From Myxococcota bacterium (GTDB taxonomy: Bacteria > Myxococcota > XYA12-FULL-58-9 > JABJBS01): a stretch of DNA of 64,000 nt. A model generated the notes under the pieces. It saw nothing but the letters and a program-made list of their open reading frames with translations. It did not search any database and was not told the DNA's origin. Both the position numbers and the translations under genes were made by a program. The DNA is taken from contig JAYZAY010000021.1 in assembly GCA_036339465.1 (NCBI GenBank), positions 1-64,000 on the forward strand, given 5' to 3'. Below are positions 1 to 10,057 of this stretch, in pieces. How positions within the stretch are numbered: the stretch's first letter is position 1; every line of letters starts with the position of its first letter.

Positions 1-1
1 T

Positions 2-637
2 GGTTCGGGAAAAACCACCCTCATTAAACTTCTCACCCGACTCTACGAGCCATCTTCAGGTACAATCCTTTTGGATGGAACCGATGTTCGAAACTGGGAT
101 CGCACCAAACTTCATCAGAGAATCGGTGTCATTTTCCAAGATTTTGTGCGCTACCAACTTTCCGTGGGTGAGAATGTCGGCGTTGGAGATATTGATGTGC
201 TAGAACCCGAAACAGAATGGGAATCAGCCTCAGAGAAAGGTATGGCACTTCCCTTTATTAGAGAAATGCCAAAGCAATTTCATACCCAGCTGGGGCGATG
301 GTTTGAAGATGGGCAAGAACTCTCCCTTGGACAATGGCAGAAAATCGCCCTCTCTCGGGCTTTCATGCGAAAACGTGCCCAAGTTCTGGTCCTCGACGAA
401 CCCACCGCGTCCATGGATGCTGAAGCCGAAGCCACCGTTTTTGAGCGCTTCCAAGAACTCACCCAAAATCAAATGGTCATTCTCATCTCCCATCGATTTT
501 CCACCGTCCGAATGGCCGACCATATCATGGTCCTCCATCAAGGAGAGTTGATTGAACGGGGCACCCATCCGGAACTTCTAGAATTAGGCGGTCGCTATGC
601 GCGCCTCTTTACCCTTCAAGCCGAAGGCTATCGGTGA
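2..637 (+). CDS. ABC transporter ATP-binding domain (C-terminal part, 5' truncated by window edge)
   Basis: Frame open from base 2: Walker A end GSGKTT, Q-loop IFQD, signature LSLGQWQK, Walker B VLVLDEPT, H-switch ISHR. Confidence 0.95.
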   Translation, partial: GSGKTTLIKLLTRLYEPSSGTILLDGTDVRNWDRTKLHQRIGVIFQDFVRYQLSVGENVGVGDIDVLEPETEWESASEKGMALPFIREMPKQFHTQLGRWFEDGQELSLGQWQKIALSRAFMRKRAQVLVLDEPTASMDAEAEATVFERFQELTQNQMVILISHRFSTVRMADHIMVLHQGELIERGTHPELLELGGRYARLFTLQAEGYR

Positions 638-1008
638 TGGCGGGTTATATTTTCACTATGAGCCCCTGAAAAGAGACGGACATCCCCCATGACGCAAGTT
701 TGTTTCATAAAGGTTAAATACAGACCTCTTCGCGCACAATGTCGGTACCGATATAAAAGGAGTTCAAGATAAAGGCCCGCGTAACCAAAAAAACTCCATC
801 GCTCAAAAGCCTGGTGTAGGGATAGCGGGGGCCATCATCGGAGCACTAGCGGCCCATCAACATCGAGGATATTTTCACGGTTTCTTTATTTCCAGATGGC
901 TCACAAATCCGGGAGATAATGAATGGGATATAGAAGCAGGAGCCTTCATCCCTCCCTAAAAAACCTCTAACCCATCAAAAAAAAAATTCTTTTTTCCTTT
1001 AAATCCGC

Positions 1009-1014
1009 TATAAT
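1009..1014 (+). promoter_or_regulatory. Possible sigma-70 -10 element for the small secreted-protein gene
   Basis: Perfect TATAAT after an A/T-rich tract, about 70 bp upstream of ATG 1086. No clear -35. Confidence 0.4.
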
Positions 1015-1034
1015 GTGAGGGGATTTGCACAATG

Positions 1035-1050
1035 CGAGAACCCTTAAAGA
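1035..1050 (-). promoter_or_regulatory. Single iteron-like site (inverted)
   Basis: Reverse complement TCTTTAAGGGTTCTCG matches the origin iteron TCTTTAATGGTTCTCG at 15/16. Confidence 0.65.
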
Positions 1051-1085
1051 ACAAGAGACTCTTAACCCATTCAAAGGACCTTCCC

Positions 1086-1283
1086 ATGCAATTCTTAGCC
1101 GCGACCCTCTTTGCCCTAGCTCTCACCTTCGGCTTTTCTCATTCAGCCCTAGCGAACACCAGCGCTAAGGGCGAACCCACAGAAAAGACTTGCGACGACA
1201 AGTGCAAAGACGACAAAGACAAAGACGCCTGCAAGAAAAAGTGCGAAGAAAACAAGAAAAAGGATAAACCCGAAGGTCAATAA
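1086..1283 (+). CDS. Small secreted, highly charged Cys-hairpin protein (CX3C-X8-CX3C)
   Basis: AAAGGA RBS before ATG 1086, signal peptide ending ALA, mature part K/D/E-rich with four Cys. Confidence 0.75.
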   Translation: MQFLAATLFALALTFGFSHSALANTSAKGEPTEKTCDDKCKDDKDKDACKKKCEENKKKDKPEGQ

Positions 1284-1321
1284 GGATTTTCACCCACCAT
1301 TGAGGCTTTGAATTGGAGAAA

Positions 1322-1421
1322 AGTAGAGCACCCTTATTGATCAATAAGGGTGCTCTACTGATCAATAAGAGTTCTCTATTGATCAATAAGAGTTCTCTAT
1401 TGATCAATAAGGGTTCTCAAG
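1322..1421. repeat. Perfect 38-bp palindrome plus four 21-bp direct repeats (distal iteron-like cluster)
   Basis: AGTAGAGCACCCTTATTGA|TCAATAAGGGTGCTCTACT at 1322-1359. Units TGATCAATAAGRGTKCTC start at 1338, 1359, 1380 and 1401. Confidence 0.95.
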
Positions 1422-1731
1422 CCCCCCCCCATAGCGCACCTTCCACAAACCTACCCATCCGTTCTTTCTCCTAGGCTTTCCCTGAACAGATGGCCATTCA
1501 TCTTTAATCTCATCGACGCCGATACCTGCTCTGACAAATATCAAGGGACCGAAATTCACACTATTGGACCACCAAACACATGCGATTCATCAAACATGAG
1601 TTATCGGAACGTAGAGAAACTTTCCGGCGCGTGTTTACCTGATGATGAGTGAGCGCTGGGGTAAACTTTCAAAAAATCAATCGGCCCTTGAAGTATTCTC
1701 ATTGCAAAAACCCCAAGGGTGCTCAAAGCCA

Positions 1732-2868
1732 CTACTTCATATAAGATGAAACATCCCAAATCTTGGGATGGTCACCGCCACCTGTCACAATGGTTTCACT
1801 GTCAGGGCTGAAAGCAACCCCCTGAGTAGAGCTTGGATGTGCCGCAAAGCCAACAATTACTTGGCCATAGGTATTCGAATCTGGATCTGCGTCCCAAAGT
1901 TTACAATTGCTATTTCCCGTGTCCCCCGACAGGACTTTCTTACCATCTGGACTAAAAACAACAGTGGTGAAACTACCCGAATTCGCTCTAAAGGTAGCTA
2001 AATACCATCCATAATTCTGAGACTGAGGGTTAACGTCCCAGAACTTCAAAGTCCCATCATCACTACCAGATACCAATTTTACCCCATCTGGGCTAAGAGC
2101 AATACTCGTGACCGAGGAGGTATGGCCCTCTAGAACAGCGACCGATTCGTCGCACACATTAGCATCATCTGCCTCACAACGTAGATCCCAAATCCGAATA
2201 TTGGAATCCTTACTACCACTAATCACGCCCGTGCCGGTTTTGCTGAAAGCAACCGACCACACCGCACTTCTATGACCCATCATGGTCCTAAGGGGTGTTG
2301 AGCAGATGTTTCCCTGCCCACGACAATTCAGGTCCCAGACCATCACTAGATTGTCCCAACCACCCGAAGCAATCTTAGAGCCATCTTCGCTAAATGCAAC
2401 AGCGTAAACGTAATGTTGATGCCCCTGAAAAACCTTAAGTGTTTGCCCAAAAGTCGCAGATTCTGGATCAACATCCCAAAGGCGAACCGTTTGATCCCAA
2501 CTTCCTGAAATCACCCGTTTTCCGTCTGGGCTAAAAGCAACCGAGCGTACATCGCTGGTATGTCCACTCAATGTCGCAAAAGGCACTGCCTCAGAAACAT
2601 CACTGGGCTCCACTTGCCATAATTTCAAATTATTTTCTGGCCCCATGGAACCAGAAACCACCGCCTTACCATCGCCACGAATCGCCAAAGCAATTAAGGG
2701 GTACTGATGCTTTGCCACCATCACCACTGTCGCTTCTTCGACTTCTGTATTTCCTTGTTTGTCTGTGTTGGTCGCGCTAGAGGACGCCGTCTCAACTTGG
2801 TTCGACTCTGGCCCCCCACACCCAATCATCAAAACCAAACAACACAAAATTCTCATCCGCTGTGTCAT
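1732..2868 (-). CDS. WD40 beta-propeller lipoprotein
   Basis: Lipobox-like LMIGC; about seven GH...SVAFS.DG..SGS.D...WD repeats. Confidence 0.92.
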   Translation of the reverse strand: MTQRMRILCCLVLMIGCGGPESNQVETASSSATNTDKQGNTEVEEATVVMVAKHQYPLIALAIRGDGKAVVSGSMGPENNLKLWQVEPSDVSEAVPFATLSGHTSDVRSVAFSPDGKRVISGSWDQTVRLWDVDPESATFGQTLKVFQGHQHYVYAVAFSEDGSKIASGGWDNLVMVWDLNCRGQGNICSTPLRTMMGHRSAVWSVAFSKTGTGVISGSKDSNIRIWDLRCEADDANVCDESVAVLEGHTSSVTSIALSPDGVKLVSGSDDGTLKFWDVNPQSQNYGWYLATFRANSGSFTTVVFSPDGKKVLSGDTGNSNCKLWDADPDSNTYGQVIVGFAAHPSSTQGVAFSPDSETIVTGGGDHPKIWDVSSYMK

Positions 2869-3388
2869 CTCTCACTCCGATTTAAGCCTTCCGAGGCGCC
2901 CTAACGATCCACAAACCATCTGCCAAGGTCAAAAAGAGCGAAAACATAAGCTCAACCGCAACAATAGTGCCAATTATCCGTAACAATAGTGACGAGCATC
3001 ACCCCCACCAACCCTTCCCCCCAAGGAATATATCCCCATGAAGCCCGAAATAACCCCAAGCTGGAAGGCTTTGATAACCGCCACATAAGCTCAACAAGTT
3101 CCTCCCATAAGGACAAAGATTGGCCACATAAAATTGCCGCGTCTGAGAAGAAACGTCGCACAGAGATCGGTCACAAAGTGTATTCTAGAGAGAAAAATAA
3201 GAATAGTTTTGCCTTTTCTTACTCTACCCCTGTATCTGAAGCCCAGAAAAGACACATTGTCGTACCATTTTTTTCTTGTCCTTCGTCAACAATAACAAGC
3301 AAGTTGCTTGTTTCCCTACCTCCCCACCAAATTGATTACATTGCCAAATCCGATTCTGGCCTTTCTAATAGAGAGAGGTATATAACGA

Positions 3389-4513
3389 ATGTTTCAAACA
3401 ATACCATATTCCGTTTTCAGGTTGGCCATATGCACAATGATGGTCTGCTCGCTGTCTTGTCGTGGGGAACATACACCAACCGACATGAGTGAAAGCACGT
3501 CTGAGAATGTCGCCGTGCCCTCGCCCCCCCCCGAATCTAGGGAAATCACCACCTCAAACAAATGCAACACGCAGTTTAGGGCGAGCCGGGAATTGGCGAT
3601 TTACAACAACTCCACTGAATATGGACCAATCGTCAGAGCGGCTTTAATTCAAGAAAGAGAAAAATACTTCGATGCCATCTTCGTAGACAGCTACCTTGCC
3701 CTAGGTGGACCGAAACAACCCGGAACCTATCAACTAACCCCTGAATCTTGCGAGCATGGACTCTGCATTGCCACATTCACCGACTGCTCAGACATCAATA
3801 ACTTTCCCAATTCTTGTGCCAATTTGTTTCTCGCGTCTGGGGGCTCCATCACCATCCATGAAATAACGTCGCAACAAGATACAATATTTTCCGCAACCCT
3901 CAATAAGATAACCTCGACTGCACGAAAAGGCTCTAGTACTTGGTGCATTGAAGAACTAGGCTTTGAAATCGAACTTAAACTTCCCACCCAAACAACCGTA
4001 GAAGTTGGAATAAATCTCGGTGAAAAACTTACCACAGACTATACCCTAACTAACTGTAATGGTGATGAAATAACCCTTCAATCTCTAAAAGGAAAAACGA
4101 AAGCAATTTGGCTTTTAGCTATCACGGAGTGGTGTCCTAATTGTCCCAGTTCCGTAGAAAAAATGTATCAATACCTAGAAACCGCAGATGACGATGTGGA
4201 AGCTTTTGTCATACTGGGAGAAAGCCAGCAGCGCGACGTTCCAGCAACTCGAGAAAGCTGCAAACGCTACCAAGAAAAGATGCAAAGTCTCAATATAGAC
4301 CTGGATCTAGATAGGGTTCTTTTGGATGGAAATTTTGTCGACCTCTACAAGCATTTAAATCCATATTTCTATCAGGCAAGTAACGGGAGACTTTCGTGGG
4401 CTGTACCATGGCATGGTATCCTCGACGGATTAGAACTGGAATATATCTATGCCCTAACCGCCCCCGGCACCAACCAAACTCCCGAGCAGAGCTTAGAGCA
4501 AACCCGCAAATAG
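3389..4513 (+). CDS. Lipoprotein with C-terminal thioredoxin-like (redoxin) domain
   Basis: Signal ending SLSC; 'DYTLTNCNGDEITLQSLKGK...EWCPNC' is a TlpA/AhpC-like CxxC context. Confidence 0.7.
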   Translation: MFQTIPYSVFRLAICTMMVCSLSCRGEHTPTDMSESTSENVAVPSPPPESREITTSNKCNTQFRASRELAIYNNSTEYGPIVRAALIQEREKYFDAIFVDSYLALGGPKQPGTYQLTPESCEHGLCIATFTDCSDINNFPNSCANLFLASGGSITIHEITSQQDTIFSATLNKITSTARKGSSTWCIEELGFEIELKLPTQTTVEVGINLGEKLTTDYTLTNCNGDEITLQSLKGKTKAIWLLAITEWCPNCPSSVEKMYQYLETADDDVEAFVILGESQQRDVPATRESCKRYQEKMQSLNIDLDLDRVLLDGNFVDLYKHLNPYFYQASNGRLSWAVPWHGILDGLELEYIYALTAPGTNQTPEQSLEQTRK

Positions 4514-4514
4514 G

Positions 4515-5921
4515 CTAACCAATACCCAGCTTCTTCGCTCGACTGATCAAGGTGGTTCGCGGAATCGCGAGAGCCCTCGCCGCCCGGGTCCAATTTCCTC
4601 CACTAACTCGAAGCGCACGTCGAATCGATTCTGATTCAGGGCTTTGAATACCCCAAGCTTCGTTCATTCGTTGCACCAAGCGAAAATTAAAGGTAAAGGC
4701 ATCCAAATCTAGCTTTTTCACATCTTGATTCAACACCAGTGCCCGCTGAACGATGTTCTCTAGCTCACGTACATTTCCCGGCCACTCATAGTGAATGAGT
4801 GCATCTGCCGAGGCCTCTGTCAACGTTGGAGACTCCTTGCCTTTCGGTGAATATTTCCGGATAAAGAAGTTTGCCAATTCGAGAATGTCGCCAGATCGTT
4901 TCCTGAGGGGCGGAATTTCCAGATCAACAACGTTCAATCGAAAATATAGATCTTCTCGAAAATCGCCACTCGCCACTCGCGCTTCCAGGTCTCTATGGGT
5001 CGCTGCAAGCACTCGAACATTCAATGGAATGGACTGGTGCCCTCCCAATCTCTCAATCGTCTTTTCCTGCAAAACCCGCAAAAGAGCAACTTGAACCCCT
5101 TGGCTAATATCGCCAATCTCATCGAGAAAAATTGTGCCCCCATTGGCTAATTCAAAGCGCCCCCTCCGCATGGAATTGGCACCGGTAAATGCGCCCTTTT
5201 CATGCCCAAAAAGCTCACTTTGCAGCAGGTTGTCTGCGATGGCCGCACAATTTAGGGCGATAAATGGACCGTCATTCCGCGGACTAGACTCATGAAGGAA
5301 ACGAGCCAGAAGCTCTTTCCCAGTGCCTGTCTCACCCCGAATCAAAATCGAAGATTCGCTCTTCGCTGCCCTACGGGTTTGCTCCAATAATTCAGCTAAG
5401 CCGCCCTCTTCCCCCACCATCTCAAAAGCTCGGTGGGCCACCTCTTGATCGCGGCGCATAGCCGCTTCCCGTTCAGCCTTAAGACTCAATTCCAGGCGAT
5501 GCTCAGCCTTCTTACAGGCATGGTCTAAACGCAACCGAAGTTCTTCTGCGCGCCATGGCTTCAGAATATATTCCTCCGCCTGACCCTCATTAATCGCATT
5601 CATCAAGATGTCTGAATCGCTGTATGCAGAGAGAACCAAGCGACCTATTTCAGGCCACTTATTTGCCACCACGGCTAAGAATTCCACACCTGTCATCCCT
5701 GGCATGCGAATGTCGGTGATCACAACTGCGATGCTCAGTTCTTCCAAAAGTCGCAATCCTTCATCGGCAGAATTGGCGACAAAAACCCGAAAGAATCGAC
5801 CAAATTGTAGCTTAAACATCTCCGTATTACTGGATTCATCATCCACATACAAAACACCGGGACTACACACCTTGGCCATTGGGGTAAACTTATTTCTTGT
5901 ATTTTCAGACTCAAAAGACAT
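4515..5921 (-). CDS. Sigma-54-dependent response regulator (NtrC family: REC-AAA+-HTH)
   Basis: REC (VDDE, TDIRMP, KP), GETGTGKE, GAFTGA, FLDEI, WPGNVRELEN, C-terminal HTH. Start uncertain (5879/5921/5939; track ORF extends to 6065). Confidence 0.95.
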   Translation of the reverse strand: MSFESENTRNKFTPMAKVCSPGVLYVDDESSNTEMFKLQFGRFFRVFVANSADEGLRLLEELSIAVVITDIRMPGMTGVEFLAVVANKWPEIGRLVLSAYSDSDILMNAINEGQAEEYILKPWRAEELRLRLDHACKKAEHRLELSLKAEREAAMRRDQEVAHRAFEMVGEEGGLAELLEQTRRAAKSESSILIRGETGTGKELLARFLHESSPRNDGPFIALNCAAIADNLLQSELFGHEKGAFTGANSMRRGRFELANGGTIFLDEIGDISQGVQVALLRVLQEKTIERLGGHQSIPLNVRVLAATHRDLEARVASGDFREDLYFRLNVVDLEIPPLRKRSGDILELANFFIRKYSPKGKESPTLTEASADALIHYEWPGNVRELENIVQRALVLNQDVKKLDLDAFTFNFRLVQRMNEAWGIQSPESESIRRALRVSGGNWTRAARALAIPRTTLISRAKKLGIG

Positions 5922-6255
5922 CCTCGGCGTAAATACCATTCTCCGTTTTTCCGCAAGTAGACAGAAACCAACGGCACGATAATCACCGAATCCAAGCTTG
6001 AGCTTCATCACACCCAGCCCCCTAAAGGTACGTTGTGCCTTGACACTTACCGAAGACCCAGCCATTCGCCTGCCAGAGTGTCGAATTTAGAGAGATTGGC
6101 CCGTCAGTCACGCCGAATGTGGTTCAGCCCAACACAAACACAGACACGAGCGGCATTCGAACCTACTCAGGGAAAAGACAAACTCGCAGGCAGAACAGGA
6201 AGATAGAGTCTGTCTCAAGCTCGCTGAATCAGAGACTCAAGGCGATAGGATAGAA

Positions 6256-9200
6256 ATGATTAACATGAAAGCAAGATTAACGCGTTGTTCAAACCAATTC
6301 GGCAGCTGCTTGTTCTTTGTGCTCCTGGTCTCCACCACCCCCGCCCAAGCCACCGAACCTACCCAAGACGCATCAAAAGGAATACTAGATCTCCGCCAAG
6401 CCAACCTCGATGACGCCACTGAAATCCGGTTAGGAGGAGAATGGAGAGTCTTTTGGAAACAGCTCGTTTCCGAATTTCTTCCAAACAGTCCCTCCGCCGA
6501 ATACGTTGCAGTTCCTCGCCTTTGGAATCGACCTTCCAATACCCAAAATTTTATCCGACCAGAACAAGGTGTAACCACCCTTCAGCTCACAGTTTTCCTT
6601 CCGGAGTCTTTGCCAAAATCGTGGCACAACGGGATCCATGTCAACAATGGACAGGTCATCAGTGCCAGTCAACTTACAATCTACGATGATGCAACACATG
6701 AAGTATTGGGTCGCCTTAAAAGCGGCAAAGTTTCTGCAGATCCAAACTTGCACCAAGCTGGCTTCGTTCGAGAATCCCTTCAGCTTCTAAATCCCCCCAG
6801 AAAACTTCGATTCGTTTTAGAGATCAGCAACTATGATTCCTTCTGGTGGGGAGTCTGGCGAACCCCAACCATAGGTTCCCTAAGAAATCTACCAAAACTC
6901 ACGGCGAAACGTGAGCACCTCGACTTTTTCGTCACCGGTATCGGGCTAATCATGGCACTCTACCATCTGATTCTCTACCTGCTTCGTCGCCGGGAAAAAA
7001 CCCCCCTTTGGTTCGCCTTGATCTGTATTACCCTTACTTTTCGAACTCTCTACATCCAAGGATACCTCCCCACCAATCCTTGGTGGCTTCATTACAAGCT
7101 TTGGTCGCTCGCACTTTATGGCGTCTTTGTCGCCTTCATCTTGTTCATCCAATCTCTTTTTCCAAACGACTTACCTGCCAAAGCAACAAAGCACCTCTTG
7201 AATGTATTTAGAATCCTACTCCTAACCACTTTGGTGCTCCCTGCTACCCTCCACGGTTGTACCCTGCCCATATTCGACCTAACGATGCTCGCTACCGTGA
7301 TTCTCATTTTGACCACACTCGGAAAAATCGCCTTCCAGCAACGCACACTTATTCCCATCACTATCTTTGTTGGCTGTTCCGTTTTAGCCGCAACGTCATT
7401 AAACGACCTTCTCTATGCCTGGCATATCATCGACACTTTCTGGATGAGTAAATACGGCCTTGTTTTCTTCATAAGCACTCACGCACTGGTTATTGCCTAT
7501 CGCAATCAAAGCATACGCAATGACAATGAACTCTTGGTCCTCCTCGACGAACGCAAGACTCATTTCTTCCGATCAGTATCACATGAATTAAGAACCCCAC
7601 TCACCTTACTCCTCGGACCCTTGGAAAACCTCGCCAAACAATCCCCGAATGATACATCCCTAAACCTAGCCCTTCGCAATGGACGCAAGCTCCTTCAACT
7701 CGTTAACCAGCTTCTCGATTTTCATAAATTATCACAAAAAGAAAAAGCAGTAAGCCTACAGCCAGTTCAACTGGAACTCTTTACCAAATCTATTTTGAGT
7801 CAATTTCTCCCAGCCTTTGAAGATAAAGACATCCAACTGAGCCTAAATGGACATCCCGCTCAATACCCAACAATTCAGACCAAATCCCCCGCCCCCATCA
7901 TCCTAGCTGACGTAGATTTTCTTGATAAATCCATTACCAATCTAGTTTCGAATGCGCTTAAGTTCACCTCGTGTGGTGGATCTGTCGACCTGCGGATCGA
8001 GCAGGTTTACATTCATGGCAAACAGTGCTTCAAATTCACCATCAGCGATACCGGCTGCGGCATCAGTACCGAGGATCAAGAGCGACTCTTTCAACTATTT
8101 TCCCGCGTTGGAGAAAATTCCAACCAAATTATAGGCACTGGCCTCGGGTTGGCTCTCGTTAAAGAGTGGGTCACCGCCATGAACGGTGAAGTCGGTGTCG
8201 AAAGTGAAATATCAAAGGGAAGCAATTTTTGGTTTATACTACCGAAAGCGCAAAAAGCGAGTCTCGTTGACCTTATTACTCAGCCTCTTCTTGAATCCGC
8301 GCCTACCCCAATTAGCACTCCCCCTCACGAACTACAGTCCCCTGACCACTCCCATATTCAAAATATTGCCGGTCCCAACATCTTAGTCGTCGACGACACA
8401 CCCGATATGCATCGCTTCCTTCAAACGGTATTAAAAGGACACGGATATCGCGTCACAAGCGCAAGCAATGGTCAAGAAGCACTCAATCAAATCAAGCTAA
8501 AACAGCCTCAATTAATCATTTCTGATTGGATGATGCCGGGAATGCACGGGCCAAAGCTCATTCAATTACTCAAAGAAAATCCCAATACCACCACAATTCC
8601 AACTTTAATGCTTACCGCAAGATCCGATGCGCAGAGTCGAGCTCAAAGCGCTGAGTCGGGGGCTGACGCCTTTCTCGGAAAACCATTCGAAGTGCGCGAA
8701 CTTCTGGCAATTATTAGAAACCTACTTGCCCTTAAATCGAAAGAGCATGAATTGAGTAACACCCTCCAAAATCTTCAAAACACTCAAGAAAAACTAGAAG
8801 CACAAGCACGCATGGCGGCACTTGGAAATCTAATCACAGGGGTTACCCATGAAATCGGCAACCCACTCAATATTATGCGCAACGGCCTATCTGAACTAAA
8901 TTTACGATTCGAATTTCTGATTGCTGAACTCCAAGCTCCCCAAAAGAAGATACCTCCCAATGCGGATGTTTTTAATGAAACTCAAAATCTACTGCAGCTC
9001 GTTACAGAAGCCACATCTCGGGTCGATAGAATCGTCATGGACCTGCGCGCCTACACAAAACAAAAATCGGACTCTGAGTATTTTCACCTTCGAAACTCTG
9101 TCAACACAACCCTAAATCTCTTCGGTAGAAACTTTGCAGCAGAAAATATTAAAATAGGTGTTTCCATTCCCACATCGCTCAAAATAAAATTCCCACGGGG

Positions 9201-9525
9201 TAAGTTCGACCAAGTGCTAACGAACCTACTTCTAAATAGCCAGGAAGCAATGCCCGAGGGTGGCAAAATAGAAATCAGCACAAAAACAATGAACCGCTCT
9301 ATCGAATTGCATATTATCGATTCTGGTCCTGGGATCCCTTTCGAAATAAAAGACGAAATCTTTGACCCATTTTTCTCCACAAAAAACCTCTCTAAATCCA
9401 CCGGACTCGGCCTTGCTATCAGTCGTGAAATCATGCTGCAGCACGGTGGAAATCTATCGATACTCCCCTGTGAAACAGGAGCTCACTTTTCTATAGGGTT
9501 CCCCACAATGGCTCAACCCATCTAA
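6256..9525 (+). CDS. Hybrid sensor histidine kinase (7TM-DISM-like sensor, HisKA-HATPase, REC, second HisKA-HATPase)
   Basis: Signal peptide, about seven TM segments, SHELRTPL, NALKF/DTGCG/GTGLGL, REC VVDD..DWMMP..KP, THEIGNPL, DSGPG/FFSTK/TGLGL. Confidence 0.93.
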   Translation: MINMKARLTRCSNQFGSCLFFVLLVSTTPAQATEPTQDASKGILDLRQANLDDATEIRLGGEWRVFWKQLVSEFLPNSPSAEYVAVPRLWNRPSNTQNFIRPEQGVTTLQLTVFLPESLPKSWHNGIHVNNGQVISASQLTIYDDATHEVLGRLKSGKVSADPNLHQAGFVRESLQLLNPPRKLRFVLEISNYDSFWWGVWRTPTIGSLRNLPKLTAKREHLDFFVTGIGLIMALYHLILYLLRRREKTPLWFALICITLTFRTLYIQGYLPTNPWWLHYKLWSLALYGVFVAFILFIQSLFPNDLPAKATKHLLNVFRILLLTTLVLPATLHGCTLPIFDLTMLATVILILTTLGKIAFQQRTLIPITIFVGCSVLAATSLNDLLYAWHIIDTFWMSKYGLVFFISTHALVIAYRNQSIRNDNELLVLLDERKTHFFRSVSHELRTPLTLLLGPLENLAKQSPNDTSLNLALRNGRKLLQLVNQLLDFHKLSQKEKAVSLQPVQLELFTKSILSQFLPAFEDKDIQLSLNGHPAQYPTIQTKSPAPIILADVDFLDKSITNLVSNALKFTSCGGSVDLRIEQVYIHGKQCFKFTISDTGCGISTEDQERLFQLFSRVGENSNQIIGTGLGLALVKEWVTAMNGEVGVESEISKGSNFWFILPKAQKASLVDLITQPLLESAPTPISTPPHELQSPDHSHIQNIAGPNILVVDDTPDMHRFLQTVLKGHGYRVTSASNGQEALNQIKLKQPQLIISDWMMPGMHGPKLIQLLKENPNTTTIPTLMLTARSDAQSRAQSAESGADAFLGKPFEVRELLAIIRNLLALKSKEHELSNTLQNLQNTQEKLEAQARMAALGNLITGVTHEIGNPLNIMRNGLSELNLRFEFLIAELQAPQKKIPPNADVFNETQNLLQLVTEATSRVDRIVMDLRAYTKQKSDSEYFHLRNSVNTTLNLFGRNFAAENIKIGVSIPTSLKIKFPRGKFDQVLTNLLLNSQEAMPEGGKIEISTKTMNRSIELHIIDSGPGIPFEIKDEIFDPFFSTKNLSKSTGLGLAISREIMLQHGGNLSILPCETGAHFSIGFPTMAQPI

Positions 9526-9829
9526 AACACAAGCTTTGGCCACTTCAATCCAACATTTTATATAGCCTCTAAAATCTCCCTCCAAACGCAGACAGCCATC
9601 AAGTATGGAGCAACTTCCATGGTGCGTATGGTCACGGATTACCGCTAAATTCGCGTTACATGAACCATTGCCATAGGAGTCGCGAAATTAGAAGTTGCCG
9701 ATAAACCAGAAGCCATATGCAATCGCGCAAATAACGCGAGGTCTGCTCACAAGCGTTTGGAGAATTTTCTCGGTCGTAATTTCAAAACAAAAAGTGGGTG
9801 TGCGCTAAATCACCTTTAAAGATATCTGG

Positions 9830-9977
9830 CTGTCTAAGTCCGTCAGTTCTGTCGACAATCGACAGTCATCCTGGACTTCTAAATCACACCACTTCGTTCA
9901 ACCACAAAAACCCTTCTCATATTTCAGACACTTAGGCGATCCGTCTGCAGCATCACGCACTTGGCACAACATTTGAA
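9830..9977 (+). promoter_or_regulatory. Sigma-54 promoter with upstream activator palindrome and IHF-like site
   Basis: TGGCAC-AACAT-TTGAA at 9962-9977 (GA rather than GC at -12); palindrome CTGTCGA-caa-TCGACAG 9849-9865 with a degenerate copy at 9830-9846; TTTCAGACACTTA at 9922-9934. Confidence 0.65.
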
Positions 9978-10057
9978 ATAGCTATCTCGTCACGGGCTGC
10001 GGTCACCAAATCAAATAGGGACCAAAACTCTCGACATAATCATCATCTTAATTTGAT

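Noticed and set aside
1165..1407. 80-aa minus-strand ORF with LLINRE repeats
   Set aside because: By-product of the 21-bp repeat, antisense to a better gene.
1322..1421. CRISPR array or protelomerase hairpin-telomere site
   Set aside because: No unique spacers, no cas or protelomerase gene seen, and the flanks are not mirrored. The match to the origin iterons explains it better.
2989..3492. 167-aa ORF
   Set aside because: No recognisable motif and overlaps the lipoprotein start in another frame.
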